Program-made: the position numbers and the translations under genes
The notes under the pieces: generated by a model
Told to the model about the DNA's origin: nothing
What the model saw: the letters and a program-made list of their open reading frames with translations, nothing else
Databases searched by the model: none
Virus record (IMG/VR): IMGVR_UViG_3300037631_003280
Location: 1 to 27,790 of that record
From: a virus
Lineage: Duplodnaviria > Caudoviricetes
Direction: 5' to 3' (one strand)
DNA length: 27,790 bases
In this document: positions 1 to 7,783 of the stretch, piece after piece
Layout: every line of letters begins with the position of its first letter
Numbering within the stretch: position 1 is the stretch's first letter

Positions 1-280
1 GATCAGTTTTTATTTTCTGGTCTACCGATTTAACAGCGTGGATGATACTACTATGCGACACGTATCCGAAATAGTCCGCGAGGATCTGATACTGGATTCC
101 GTAGTTTACCCGCAGCAGTCCCGCCGCAACTGATCGGGGAGTAGAGTATCGGAAGGCTCTGGATTTTTTGAAGAGGTCTTCCTCGTCTACCGAGAACTCA
201 TCGGCGACGAGCGAGCAGACTTTTTCGATTATGGCCTGCTTATATTTAGTGAGACCTTTAATTTTGTTTTCTGTTTTCAT
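1..280 (-). CDS. DnaA C-terminal (domain IV)-like HTH protein, 3' end beyond window edge
   Basis: Not in the ORF track. Manual translation from the ATG at 280 (ATGA overlap with the helicase stop) gives MKTENKIKGLTKYKQAIIEKVCSLVADEFSVDEEDLFKKSRAFRYSTPRSVAAGLLRVNYGIQYQILADYFGYVSHSSIIHAVKSVDQKIKTD. This matches the DnaA domain IV pattern (I..V...F.v...dl..k.R......pR..A....r.........Ig..Fg..HstviHa.k.i). Confidence 0.75.
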   Translation of the reverse strand, partial: MKTENKIKGLTKYKQAIIEKVCSLVADEFSVDEEDLFKKSRAFRYSTPRSVAAGLLRVNYGIQYQILADYFGYVSHSSIIHAVKSVDQKIKTD

Positions 281-1569
281 TGATGCAAAGTGTTCAAATT
301 ATCCGACTTCTCTTCGACAACACGCATAACGTGTTCCTCTATCGAATCACTGGCAACTAAAATCTTCTGAATGGCGTCGCTCTTCGCGCCGTTTCGATGG
401 ATACGACCCAATGCCTGCAGGTGGTCTTTGACATTGAATGTGGGCGAGATCAATGAGATCCGCTGCCTACTACCGTTGATGTCGTGCAGCGAGATTCCGG
501 TTCCGCCAGCGGCGATGTTGACCACGATGACGTGTTCCGTATCGTCTTGGAAATCGTCGATCACCTGTTGCCGTTCTTCGGCAGACTGACCACCAACGAT
601 AGCAGGGCAATTCAACAACTGCTGTAGTGTCTGGGCGGTCTCCGTAAAGTTGACGAACAGCACAACACTGTGTCCCTGCTCTACGTAGTCCCTTGCCATG
701 TCGGCCATGTCCTTCGCTTTCAGCGATTCAGCAAGTTGCCTTGCCCTAAGAAGATTGACCAAAACCCAATCGCTGTCCTCAACGGTTCCGTTCTCTAGAA
801 GATTCGTGATGATCTCTGGCGTGATGTCGAGATCTTTATACACCTTCGCGATCTGAGCAGCAGTGCCGAACGCAATCGGCTCCACGAATACACGGTTCGC
901 TTTAAAGGACTCGGGGAAGTCATCAACCGTGAGCCGCTTAACATTCTTCCCATACATGACCTTATTAAGATCACTGAGCTTGGTCTTACGACGAAGCTCC
1001 CATGCATTCCACTGGTTTTGGGAACAGCCGTATTGCATCATCCAACCGAACCAACTCTTGACACCGTCCTCCGCTTTGTTGAGATTATGGAGACCTAATG
1101 CGTATCCGATTGGCCGCATCTCAGTAGGGTCTTCGGCAGCGGTCGCGGACATCGCATGGATCGAGTAGCCTTGGGCCACTAACGACACTAACAACTGCGC
1201 GTTTTGCGTGTATGGTCCTTTGCATCTGTGAACCTCGTCCACTAACACTAATGTGTTTTTAGGCAGGTTCCACGTCATGATTTTCTTGCCGCGTTTGGAC
1301 ATGAAGTCCGTTCGGCCCGTTCTGATCTTCTCGTAGTTGAGGACGAAGAGCGGCTCGATGCCAGTCTCTTTAAGTTCGCGTTGCCATGACGGGATCACCG
1401 CCTTCGGACACAAGACCGCCACAGGTCTATTCAAAGCTTTGGCCAGATGAGCGGCTACTACTGTCTTACCGGTTCCGACATGGCTAGTGTCGAGTGAGTT
1501 TAAATTCAACTTGTGCTTCGCTAGGAAGAAGTCGAGCGCGTCTTGTTGTTTCGGATATAGCGTCTTCAT
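277..1569 (-). CDS. Superfamily 2 (DExH) helicase
   Basis: 430 aa with Walker A SHVGTGKT, motif Ia VLCPKAV, Walker B VDEVH, motif III SAT, motif V AGGTGISL and motif VI QALGRIHR. Confidence 0.92.
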   Translation of the reverse strand: MKTLYPKQQDALDFFLAKHKLNLNSLDTSHVGTGKTVVAAHLAKALNRPVAVLCPKAVIPSWQRELKETGIEPLFVLNYEKIRTGRTDFMSKRGKKIMTWNLPKNTLVLVDEVHRCKGPYTQNAQLLVSLVAQGYSIHAMSATAAEDPTEMRPIGYALGLHNLNKAEDGVKSWFGWMMQYGCSQNQWNAWELRRKTKLSDLNKVMYGKNVKRLTVDDFPESFKANRVFVEPIAFGTAAQIAKVYKDLDITPEIITNLLENGTVEDSDWVLVNLLRARQLAESLKAKDMADMARDYVEQGHSVVLFVNFTETAQTLQQLLNCPAIVGGQSAEERQQVIDDFQDDTEHVIVVNIAAGGTGISLHDINGSRQRISLISPTFNVKDHLQALGRIHRNGAKSDAIQKILVASDSIEEHVMRVVEEKSDNLNTLHQ

Positions 1570-1624
1570 TTATTGTCTATGAACAGACAAATAATTGAAG
1601 TCTGGCAATACGTCCAGAAAAATT

Positions 1625-2113
1625 TCAACTTTTTTTACCACCCCAAATATATCGGGCAATAAGGTAAGCGTCGATCATGCCGTCGTGCGGCGTCCGGCAT
1701 CGTTTGTTCGCCAGCCAGTTCTCTGACGGCTCTAGCTGGTTTGCTAGTTCTAAGGCAACTTCCTTAGTCCTACCTTTAGGGACTCTGCCCAGCATGACCT
1801 TCTGCCACTTGTGGACTGACACACGCATTATGTTTTCGTAGTCGTGGGACTCAGCCATGCCGACTAATTTGCCAAACGAGATCGCCATTGACCGAATCGC
1901 TTGGCTACTCTTCGCGTGAGCTAGCGGTTCCTCGACCGCAAAGATAAAGGGGGTGTTTAGATCCATTATCCATTGATGGACCTTACGGATGTCGATTTCT
2001 TTTTTCTTCGACATCTGGAGAGTAGGCATACGGATTTTATCGATGAGACTGCCGTCGTGTTTCGAGATGGCGCAGAGTCCGCCATCTAGTCCGTTGTCTA
2101 CTCCGACGATCAA
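1625..2113 (-). CDS. RuvC-like Holliday junction resolvase (phage type)
   Basis: N-terminal IVGVDNG..GG, central VEE, the SFGK..G segment, WQK and C-terminal HDG..DA.LIA are typical of RNase H-fold RuvC-like proteins. Start codon is TTG. Confidence 0.85.
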   Translation of the reverse strand: MIVGVDNGLDGGLCAISKHDGSLIDKIRMPTLQMSKKKEIDIRKVHQWIMDLNTPFIFAVEEPLAHAKSSQAIRSMAISFGKLVGMAESHDYENIMRVSVHKWQKVMLGRVPKGRTKEVALELANQLEPSENWLANKRCRTPHDGMIDAYLIARYIWGGKKS

Positions 2114-2127
2114 TTGTATTTTAGGAG

Positions 2128-2526
2128 TTATAATTGGGTGGGGATATACTCAGGACAATACATATTGTCGCAGTCATCTTCCACAGGCCCATCGCACGTC
2201 TCGCAGTGTTCATCCCGTTCCTCAGTGAGGAGAGCTTTCGCAAGAATCGAGTAGTTCACAAGATCCTCACAGGCGTCATCGACCGACTCGCCAGCTACCT
2301 GTAACTGACCGTCGTTCACGAACGACTTAATCCTCATCAGTTTATCCTGCATCCTCAACAGCAATCCGGTAACCGGATGGAGTCCTAACGATTTAGCTGA
2401 CTTGAAATTAGCGAGCGCGTCTACGGTCTCAGTGCCACCGCAGTAGTCGCTGTTCTTTGCTCGCATGATGTCGAGCGTTTTAGCGCACGTCTCTTCGTGG
2501 AGACGGAATAGGGTTTCGGGTTTCAT
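2128..2526 (-). CDS. DUF1599 / nucleotide-modification-associated domain protein (all-alpha NTP-PPase-like)
   Basis: Motifs KNSDY...D.LANF, RMQDKLMRI and ESVDDACEDLVNY, plus a C-terminal CxxC...C..xxC tail. Start placed at ATG 2526, which forms an ATGA overlap with the upstream ORF stop. Confidence 0.7.
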   Translation of the reverse strand: MKPETLFRLHEETCAKTLDIMRAKNSDYCGGTETVDALANFKSAKSLGLHPVTGLLLRMQDKLMRIKSFVNDGQLQVAGESVDDACEDLVNYSILAKALLTEERDEHCETCDGPVEDDCDNMYCPEYIPTQL

Positions 2527-2753
2527 TTTACTGGTATTGAATCTCCTCTTAGGAGCAGACCGTCGCCCTCTGCTGGCACAAGAACCCTGATGCCTTTCGG
2601 TAACGACTGTAAGTAGAACACTTCGCGAGCCGTTGAAGGTCTCACACGATACCATAAGCCGTCGGCGGTATCGACAGGAAATCGGAAATCAGAACCCTCA
2701 TCTACGCGGGTAATGAACCTAGCCCCTACTTCGGGTTCACGATCTTCAAACAT
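2523..2753 (-). CDS. Hypothetical protein (76 aa)
   Basis: Fills the operon gap exactly. The ATG at 2753 follows the previous stop (2764) and its stop overlaps the next ATG. Confidence 0.65.
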   Translation of the reverse strand: MFEDREPEVGARFITRVDEGSDFRFPVDTADGLWYRVRPSTAREVFYLQSLPKGIRVLVPAEGDGLLLRGDSIPVK

Positions 2754-2763
2754 TGTGACGGTA

Positions 2764-3405
2764 TTAAATCTCTTTTCCGGTCTCGGCGTCAATAGTTTTT
2801 TTCTGCTTTATCGCCCCGCCTCCTTTGTCTGCCTTGGAGTTGTTGAGGATAGAAATATCGATCTGCATTTTGCTACTACCGCCACCAGTCTTCGCGTTAA
2901 GGCCTAAGTTACGGCGAATGAGTTGATCTAGTTCAGACATCTCGCGGATCGTCCTCGGACCACGCAGGGTCTTCATCGAGTCGCGCAGTAACTTAATTCC
3001 GGCTGCGGCTACGTAGTGCTGGTATTTGTCGGCGGGTGAGTTCTGGGCCTCTGCGATCTCGTTGAGGGTAACGTCCTCTTCTTTCGACGCTCGGAACCGT
3101 TCTTCAACAATGGCCGAACTCACGGTCTCGTTAAAGTGTTCCTCAATATCTTCTTTAAGCTGGTCTTTGTCGGTATCCGGTTTCAGGTGTTCGTCTTTGA
3201 CTTTTGTGTTTTGGATCAGGTTGTCGAGAACCTTGCCGTCCGACATATCACCGTTTACCTTCGGAGCGACTCCGTGCTTCTTCAGCCATTTACGAATTGT
3301 GTTGCGGTGGACCCCAATGTGTTGACCAATCGCACTATTACTGTAACCTTCTTTGTTAAGGCGCAAGGCTTCGGCCTCGCACTCTCGTATAGGTTTTTCA
3401 GACAT
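2764..3405 (-). CDS. HTH DNA-binding protein, candidate terminase small subunit
   Basis: N-terminal HTH (ALRLNKEGYSNSAIGQHIGVHRNTIRKWLKK) followed by a helical body. It lies next to terL but on the opposite strand. Start taken as ATG 3405. The TerS role is inference only. Confidence 0.6.
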   Translation of the reverse strand: MSEKPIRECEAEALRLNKEGYSNSAIGQHIGVHRNTIRKWLKKHGVAPKVNGDMSDGKVLDNLIQNTKVKDEHLKPDTDKDQLKEDIEEHFNETVSSAIVEERFRASKEEDVTLNEIAEAQNSPADKYQHYVAAAGIKLLRDSMKTLRGPRTIREMSELDQLIRRNLGLNAKTGGGSSKMQIDISILNNSKADKGGGAIKQKKTIDAETGKEI

Positions 3406-3412
3406 CCACTTA

Positions 3413-3441
3413 ATTATGCCTTCCGAAGCAGACAAACGCAA
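3413..3441 (-). promoter_or_regulatory. Putative sigma70-type promoter for leaderless transcription of the leftward operon
   Basis: Minus strand reads TTGCGT (3441-3436), 17 bp, CATAAT (3418-3413), 7 nt, then ATG (3405). It is embedded in the first codons of terL. Confidence 0.5.
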
Positions 3442-5206
3442 GCGCGTTCTGGAGCCGCGCATAGACCCGCAATCCAAGAAAATGGACGTGGGCGGTCTAA
3501 TGATCCAGCCCACCAGTCTCCTTACCGCTTTACTTTACGGTTTCGCGCACCACCCGAACGACAAAGCAAAGGAGTTCTATTTCTGGAGAGTCTGCGACGA
3601 ACTCTGGAATCGGGATGAACTGCCGGAGAAGATGATGGTCCGCCATCCTTGGGCCGAAAAGATGATTCGGGCAGCGATTAAGCACAAATATCTGGCGGTA
3701 GGTGGTTCTGCGTCGTCCGGTAAATCACACACAATGGCCGCGTGGGGGATCGTCCAGTGGCTATCTCAGCCACGCGATACGCTGGTTCTGATGACCTCGA
3801 CTACCTTACGGGAAGCACGAAAGAGGATCTGGGGTTCAGTGATGTCCTTGTTGTCCGTGATCGATGGTGCGCCGATCAAGATAAGGGATTCGATAGGAAA
3901 CGCTGCCTATGTAGATGAGAACGGCACGCTTATCGAGAGAGCTGGTTTATCGCTTATCGCAGCGGAAAAATCTAAGACGCGAGAAGCAATCGGAAAATTC
4001 ATCGGTATTAAGCAGAAGCGGGTGATAATGATCGGTGACGAGCTTTCAGAACTCTCTGAGAGCATTTTGCAGGCTGGTCTGACTAACTTATCGAAGAACC
4101 CATTCTTCCAGATGATCGGTATGTCCAACCCGAACAGCCGATTTGACGCTTTCGGCGTCTGGTCGGAGCCGAAAAAGGGCTGGGAGTCCGTAGACACACA
4201 GACCGCTGACAGGTGGACCACTAAATGGAACGGCCACTATCTCCGGCTCGACGGTGAGCGGAGTCCTAACATTACTTTAGGAGAGGTTAAATATCCTTGG
4301 CTACCTACCGCTGAGAAGCTGGCAGAGGACAGGGCGTTATTAGGGCCGGAGTCCAGAGGATATATGAGGATGGTTCGCGCCATTTTCTTCGATAGCGACG
4401 AGACAACCGGAATCTACTCTGAGGCAGAGCTTACTAAAGGTGGCGCGATGGGGGAGGTCGATTGGGCCGAAAAACCGACAGCGGTAGCCGGAATAGACCC
4501 TGCCTTCACCAACGGGGGCGACCGGACTATTATGTATACCGCCGAAGTCGGCTACGCCCGAAACGGCCAATACGTATGTAAATTGGGAGAGGCAATCCAC
4601 CTAAACGATGACGCCACTAATAAAGCAGTTCCGCGCACCTACCAGATCGTCCACCAGATTATCGACCACTGTAAACGCCGTAATATCTCTGCTAATAACG
4701 TAGCACTCGACTCGACCGGAGCGGGTGCGCCATTCTGCGACGTGTTGGCTGGCGAGTGGTCGAGCGACTTTATGCGCGTCACCTTCGGTGGTAAAGGATC
4801 AGACAAGCGTGTCAGCATGAACAGCCAGCTTACCGGAGCCGAACTCTACACTAATCGAGTCTCTGAACTCTGGTTCGTCGGTAAGGAACTGCTGAGAACT
4901 AAGCAAATCTACGGTGTATCATCGGATCTCGCACAGGAAATGTGTGCCAGAAACTACGACATGACTAAAGGAACAGGCACGCTGAGAGTGAAGATCGAGT
5001 CGAAACCAGAGTTCAAGGCACGGTTTGGTCGCAGTCCAGACTTGGCAGATGCTGCTTTCTTGGCTCTCGATTGCGCTCGCCAGCGATTAGGATTAGTGGC
5101 TGTTGATCCACCGAAAGACGATGACGGTAAGGGGTTCAGGAAACGGGTTACGATTAAAAGTCTTAGTGGCGCACTCAATAATCCCGACACCAGTCTGATC
5201 AGCTAA
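3416..5206 (+). CDS. terL: Terminase large subunit
   Basis: Walker A GSASSGKS, Walker B VIMIGDE, coupling motif GMSNP, and nuclease-domain acidic motifs AGIDPAFTNGGD, LDSTG and SPDLADA. Start probably ATG 3416 rather than the TTG at 3353. Confidence 0.92.
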   Translation: MPSEADKRKRVLEPRIDPQSKKMDVGGLMIQPTSLLTALLYGFAHHPNDKAKEFYFWRVCDELWNRDELPEKMMVRHPWAEKMIRAAIKHKYLAVGGSASSGKSHTMAAWGIVQWLSQPRDTLVLMTSTTLREARKRIWGSVMSLLSVIDGAPIKIRDSIGNAAYVDENGTLIERAGLSLIAAEKSKTREAIGKFIGIKQKRVIMIGDELSELSESILQAGLTNLSKNPFFQMIGMSNPNSRFDAFGVWSEPKKGWESVDTQTADRWTTKWNGHYLRLDGERSPNITLGEVKYPWLPTAEKLAEDRALLGPESRGYMRMVRAIFFDSDETTGIYSEAELTKGGAMGEVDWAEKPTAVAGIDPAFTNGGDRTIMYTAEVGYARNGQYVCKLGEAIHLNDDATNKAVPRTYQIVHQIIDHCKRRNISANNVALDSTGAGAPFCDVLAGEWSSDFMRVTFGGKGSDKRVSMNSQLTGAELYTNRVSELWFVGKELLRTKQIYGVSSDLAQEMCARNYDMTKGTGTLRVKIESKPEFKARFGRSPDLADAAFLALDCARQRLGLVAVDPPKDDDGKGFRKRVTIKSLSGALNNPDTSLIS

Positions 5207-5284
5207 AAAAAACTTTTCTCTGAGGCTCTTAGTACTCCTTTATAAATAAAGGGGTACTAAAGGTCTGGGAAAAAAGTTTTTTTT
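5205..5284. repeat. 80-bp quasi-palindromic element, copy 1 (possible bidirectional terminator or recombination site)
   Basis: A8-CTTTT...TTAGTACTCCTTTAT-AA-ATAAAGGGGTACTAA...AAAAG-T8. It overlaps the terL stop codon. Its interior is the near reverse complement of the copies at 25500 and 25618. Confidence 0.9.
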
Positions 5285-5301
5285 GCCCCGAATCCCGAAG
5301 A

Positions 5302-5330
5302 TTGACACTTGTTCCTAAAACCTGTATCTT
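5302..5330 (+). promoter_or_regulatory. sigma70-type promoter (leaderless)
   Basis: TTGACA (5302-5307), 17 bp, TATCTT (5325-5330), 6 nt, then GTG (5337). Confidence 0.7.
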
Positions 5331-5336
5331 TTGCCT

Positions 5337-5630
5337 GTGGCGAATAAACGATTCAAGCGGCTCCCTTCTGGCCGTATCCAATACCACGGCGAGACGTTCG
5401 CTGGCTTTAATAAGCCTAAACGCGCCCCGAAAGGGTCGAAAAAAAAATTTGTCGTGTTAGGCAAGGAAGGTGACAAAATCAAGAAAGTCTCGTATGGACA
5501 TCGTGATTACAGCGATTTCACGAAACACAAGAACCCGAAGCGTCGGGCTAATTTCAGGGCCAGACACAACTGCAAAACCGCGAAAGATAAGACAACCGCC
5601 CGCCACTGGGCCTGCAAGCACCTCTGGTAG
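5337..5630 (+). CDS. Small basic viral protein (DUF5754-like)
   Basis: Lys/Arg-rich 97 aa with the pattern KVSYG..DYSDFTKHK...RRANFRARHNC...HWAC.HLW, which recurs in viral basic proteins. The GTG start was chosen from promoter geometry. Confidence 0.65.
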   Translation: MANKRFKRLPSGRIQYHGETFAGFNKPKRAPKGSKKKFVVLGKEGDKIKKVSYGHRDYSDFTKHKNPKRRANFRARHNCKTAKDKTTARHWACKHLW

Positions 5631-5660
5631 CCTCCTAAATCAATTAACCGCAGAACAACT

Positions 5661-6725
5661 ATGAGTCCTAATGACCCGTCAAGCATGAGAAAAGATTTCT
5701 TTGATGAGCTAAAAAAACGCTCAAATAAGAGTTTACTAACCCCTGATGTATTAAATCAAGCAAAAGAAGAACTTGCTAAATACGAAGGTGTGTCAGGCGA
5801 AGCATTTGATGACACGATAGCTAAACAACAAATTAAGCCTTCAAATGTGAGGCTTGATACGTTCAACGAAATGAAAAGCCTCGCAAAGAGGCGTAAGCTA
5901 ACCCCTGAAATATTCAATCAAAAGAAAGAAGACCTTAATAAGTATGCGGGTGTGTCTCCTGAATTGTTTGATTCGACGATGGCAAAAAACAAAATTCAGC
6001 CATCGGGGTCTCCCATGAGGTATGAGTATATGGACGAACTCAAGAAACTCTCAGGAGCCGGTAAGCTAACGACAGAAACTTTAAATAAAGCAAAAGAAGA
6101 ACTTGGTAAATACGAAGGTGTGTCTGGCAAAGCATTTGACTCAGCGATGGCTAAAAACAAAATCAAAGGTACAAGTTTTTCATCGCCTGAAGAAGCTACT
6201 AATCGCGCTATATATGAGGCTAACTATGGTTCACCTCTTACAGCAATGGATATTCGGTCTAATGACTCCGGCTACAAATTCGGTAGTGGTGGAGCGTTGA
6301 GCCAAGGACTCACTGCGAATCAAAGATCCACACCAGCAACAAGAGTCAGCCCTGAGAGTACTAAGTATCGTAATGCAGAGCGCAGGCTTCGACGTAAAGG
6401 GTATACCAAACAAGCAGGCGAGATGGCAATGCAGAGAGAGCTTGTGCGTATGGGAGAGCCGCGAATCGACACGCCTGAATTGAGGAGTCAGAGAATGGCT
6501 CAGAAAATTCAAGCTGGAAGAGAAGCCCAAAGGCAAGATAAGGCTTATGCCGATAGTGCAAAACCGAGTTTTTTCCAGAACATTACTAGTGGTCTTGGGA
6601 TCACAGAAAAAGAGAAAAAAGAAGATTCAAAATCTTCGATTAAAGATCTTAGAGATCCTATGGATAACTGGAATAGATTTGGGGAATTCGGTTACCCGCC
6701 GATATCTAACCAATCTTACAAGTAA
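5661..6725 (+). CDS. Putative internal virion protein with three N-terminal ~55-aa repeats
   Basis: 354-aa ORF with three copies of R.d.fdElK......kLTp...nqakEeL.KYeGVS.eaFD..mAK.kI. Its position before the giant gene suggests an ejection-protein role (inference). Confidence 0.55.
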   Translation: MSPNDPSSMRKDFFDELKKRSNKSLLTPDVLNQAKEELAKYEGVSGEAFDDTIAKQQIKPSNVRLDTFNEMKSLAKRRKLTPEIFNQKKEDLNKYAGVSPELFDSTMAKNKIQPSGSPMRYEYMDELKKLSGAGKLTTETLNKAKEELGKYEGVSGKAFDSAMAKNKIKGTSFSSPEEATNRAIYEANYGSPLTAMDIRSNDSGYKFGSGGALSQGLTANQRSTPATRVSPESTKYRNAERRLRRKGYTKQAGEMAMQRELVRMGEPRIDTPELRSQRMAQKIQAGREAQRQDKAYADSAKPSFFQNITSGLGITEKEKKEDSKSSIKDLRDPMDNWNRFGEFGYPPISNQSYK

Positions 6726-6733
6726 CCACTAAA

Positions 6734-7747
6734 ATGGCTATCGACTACAACCAAGATATCGCCCCACTACGCCAGCAGTATTTCCCAATGCTCGCTGGCG
6801 AAAGAGGTTTTGACCAATCGATGAAGTATCGTCAGGATGTCCTGATGCCTATGCGTATGCAGACTATGAAGATAGAGCAGCACGCTATGTCTATGAAAAG
6901 GCAAGAGATCGCCTTTGAAAGTCAAAAATTAGGTCTCCAGAAAGCTAGAAGAGACGCTCAGAGGCAGAACGAAGCTTTAGAGTATGCCCCTAAAATTGAT
7001 TCTCTAGTTAACGGTATCCTTGATGATGATACCCTGAGTCCTTTAGAGCAGCAGGAAGAGCTGAATAGAAGTCTAGTCGATTACTCTTCAGTAATCGCAT
7101 ATAGTCCAGTCTTAGCTAGTAAGGTTACTGCCGCAGAGAAAGCTATTGGCGCACAACAATCAATTGAAGATCAGAAGAAAAAAGACGCGCTAGAAGCGAA
7201 GCAAGATAAACTCAGAGAGGAATCTCGATATCTTGAAGCGATGAAAATAGCTTTGGCTAATGGTGACGTTGGTTTAGCTAATAAATTAACCGAGATGCCG
7301 GAGGGTTACGGAGGCGTTGGAATAACTCCCTTAGAAGAGGCTATAAGGAGTGGTGCGGCATCGAAAAAGAAAGAATTAACAAATTCAATTCTAGCGTCAC
7401 AACAAAAAGCAGAAGACGAGTTCCGAAAACAGAATCTGTCTCTTTACCAAGGTTATTTCGATCAAGTTTCTAAAATAGAACCCAAAGAACCGGAATATGT
7501 CGAAGAGGGAGAGGAGACGCCATTCGATCTTAAAAAAGCGGACAAGGATACTCTTTATAGCATATACTCTAAACTAGATCCCGTAAAATACCCAGCCACA
7601 CAAGTAAAAACTATTTTACAGGATGTTACTGATCGCCAATTAAGAAGCGCACTTTTAGGTGTGCTAGGCACTAAAATTAACGAATTCTCTCCTAAAAAAG
7701 AAAGCAAACTTTCTAAAGCCTTTACTGCCCCGAAGACCGAAGATTAA
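6734..7747 (+). CDS. Putative internal virion (ejection) protein, coiled-coil rich
   Basis: 337 aa, rich in Q/E/K and helical. Second of three genes of increasing size, as in T7 gp14/15/16-type modules. Function inferred from synteny only. Confidence 0.5.
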   Translation: MAIDYNQDIAPLRQQYFPMLAGERGFDQSMKYRQDVLMPMRMQTMKIEQHAMSMKRQEIAFESQKLGLQKARRDAQRQNEALEYAPKIDSLVNGILDDDTLSPLEQQEELNRSLVDYSSVIAYSPVLASKVTAAEKAIGAQQSIEDQKKKDALEAKQDKLREESRYLEAMKIALANGDVGLANKLTEMPEGYGGVGITPLEEAIRSGAASKKKELTNSILASQQKAEDEFRKQNLSLYQGYFDQVSKIEPKEPEYVEEGEETPFDLKKADKDTLYSIYSKLDPVKYPATQVKTILQDVTDRQLRSALLGVLGTKINEFSPKKESKLSKAFTAPKTED

Positions 7748-7783
7748 AATCTCCACCTAAACCACATACACCTATTATCAGCT

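Noticed and set aside
5241-5248. T4-type late promoter TATAAATA
   Set aside because: It is the loop of the palindrome. The sister copies read TATATATA and there are no T4-like genes in the window.
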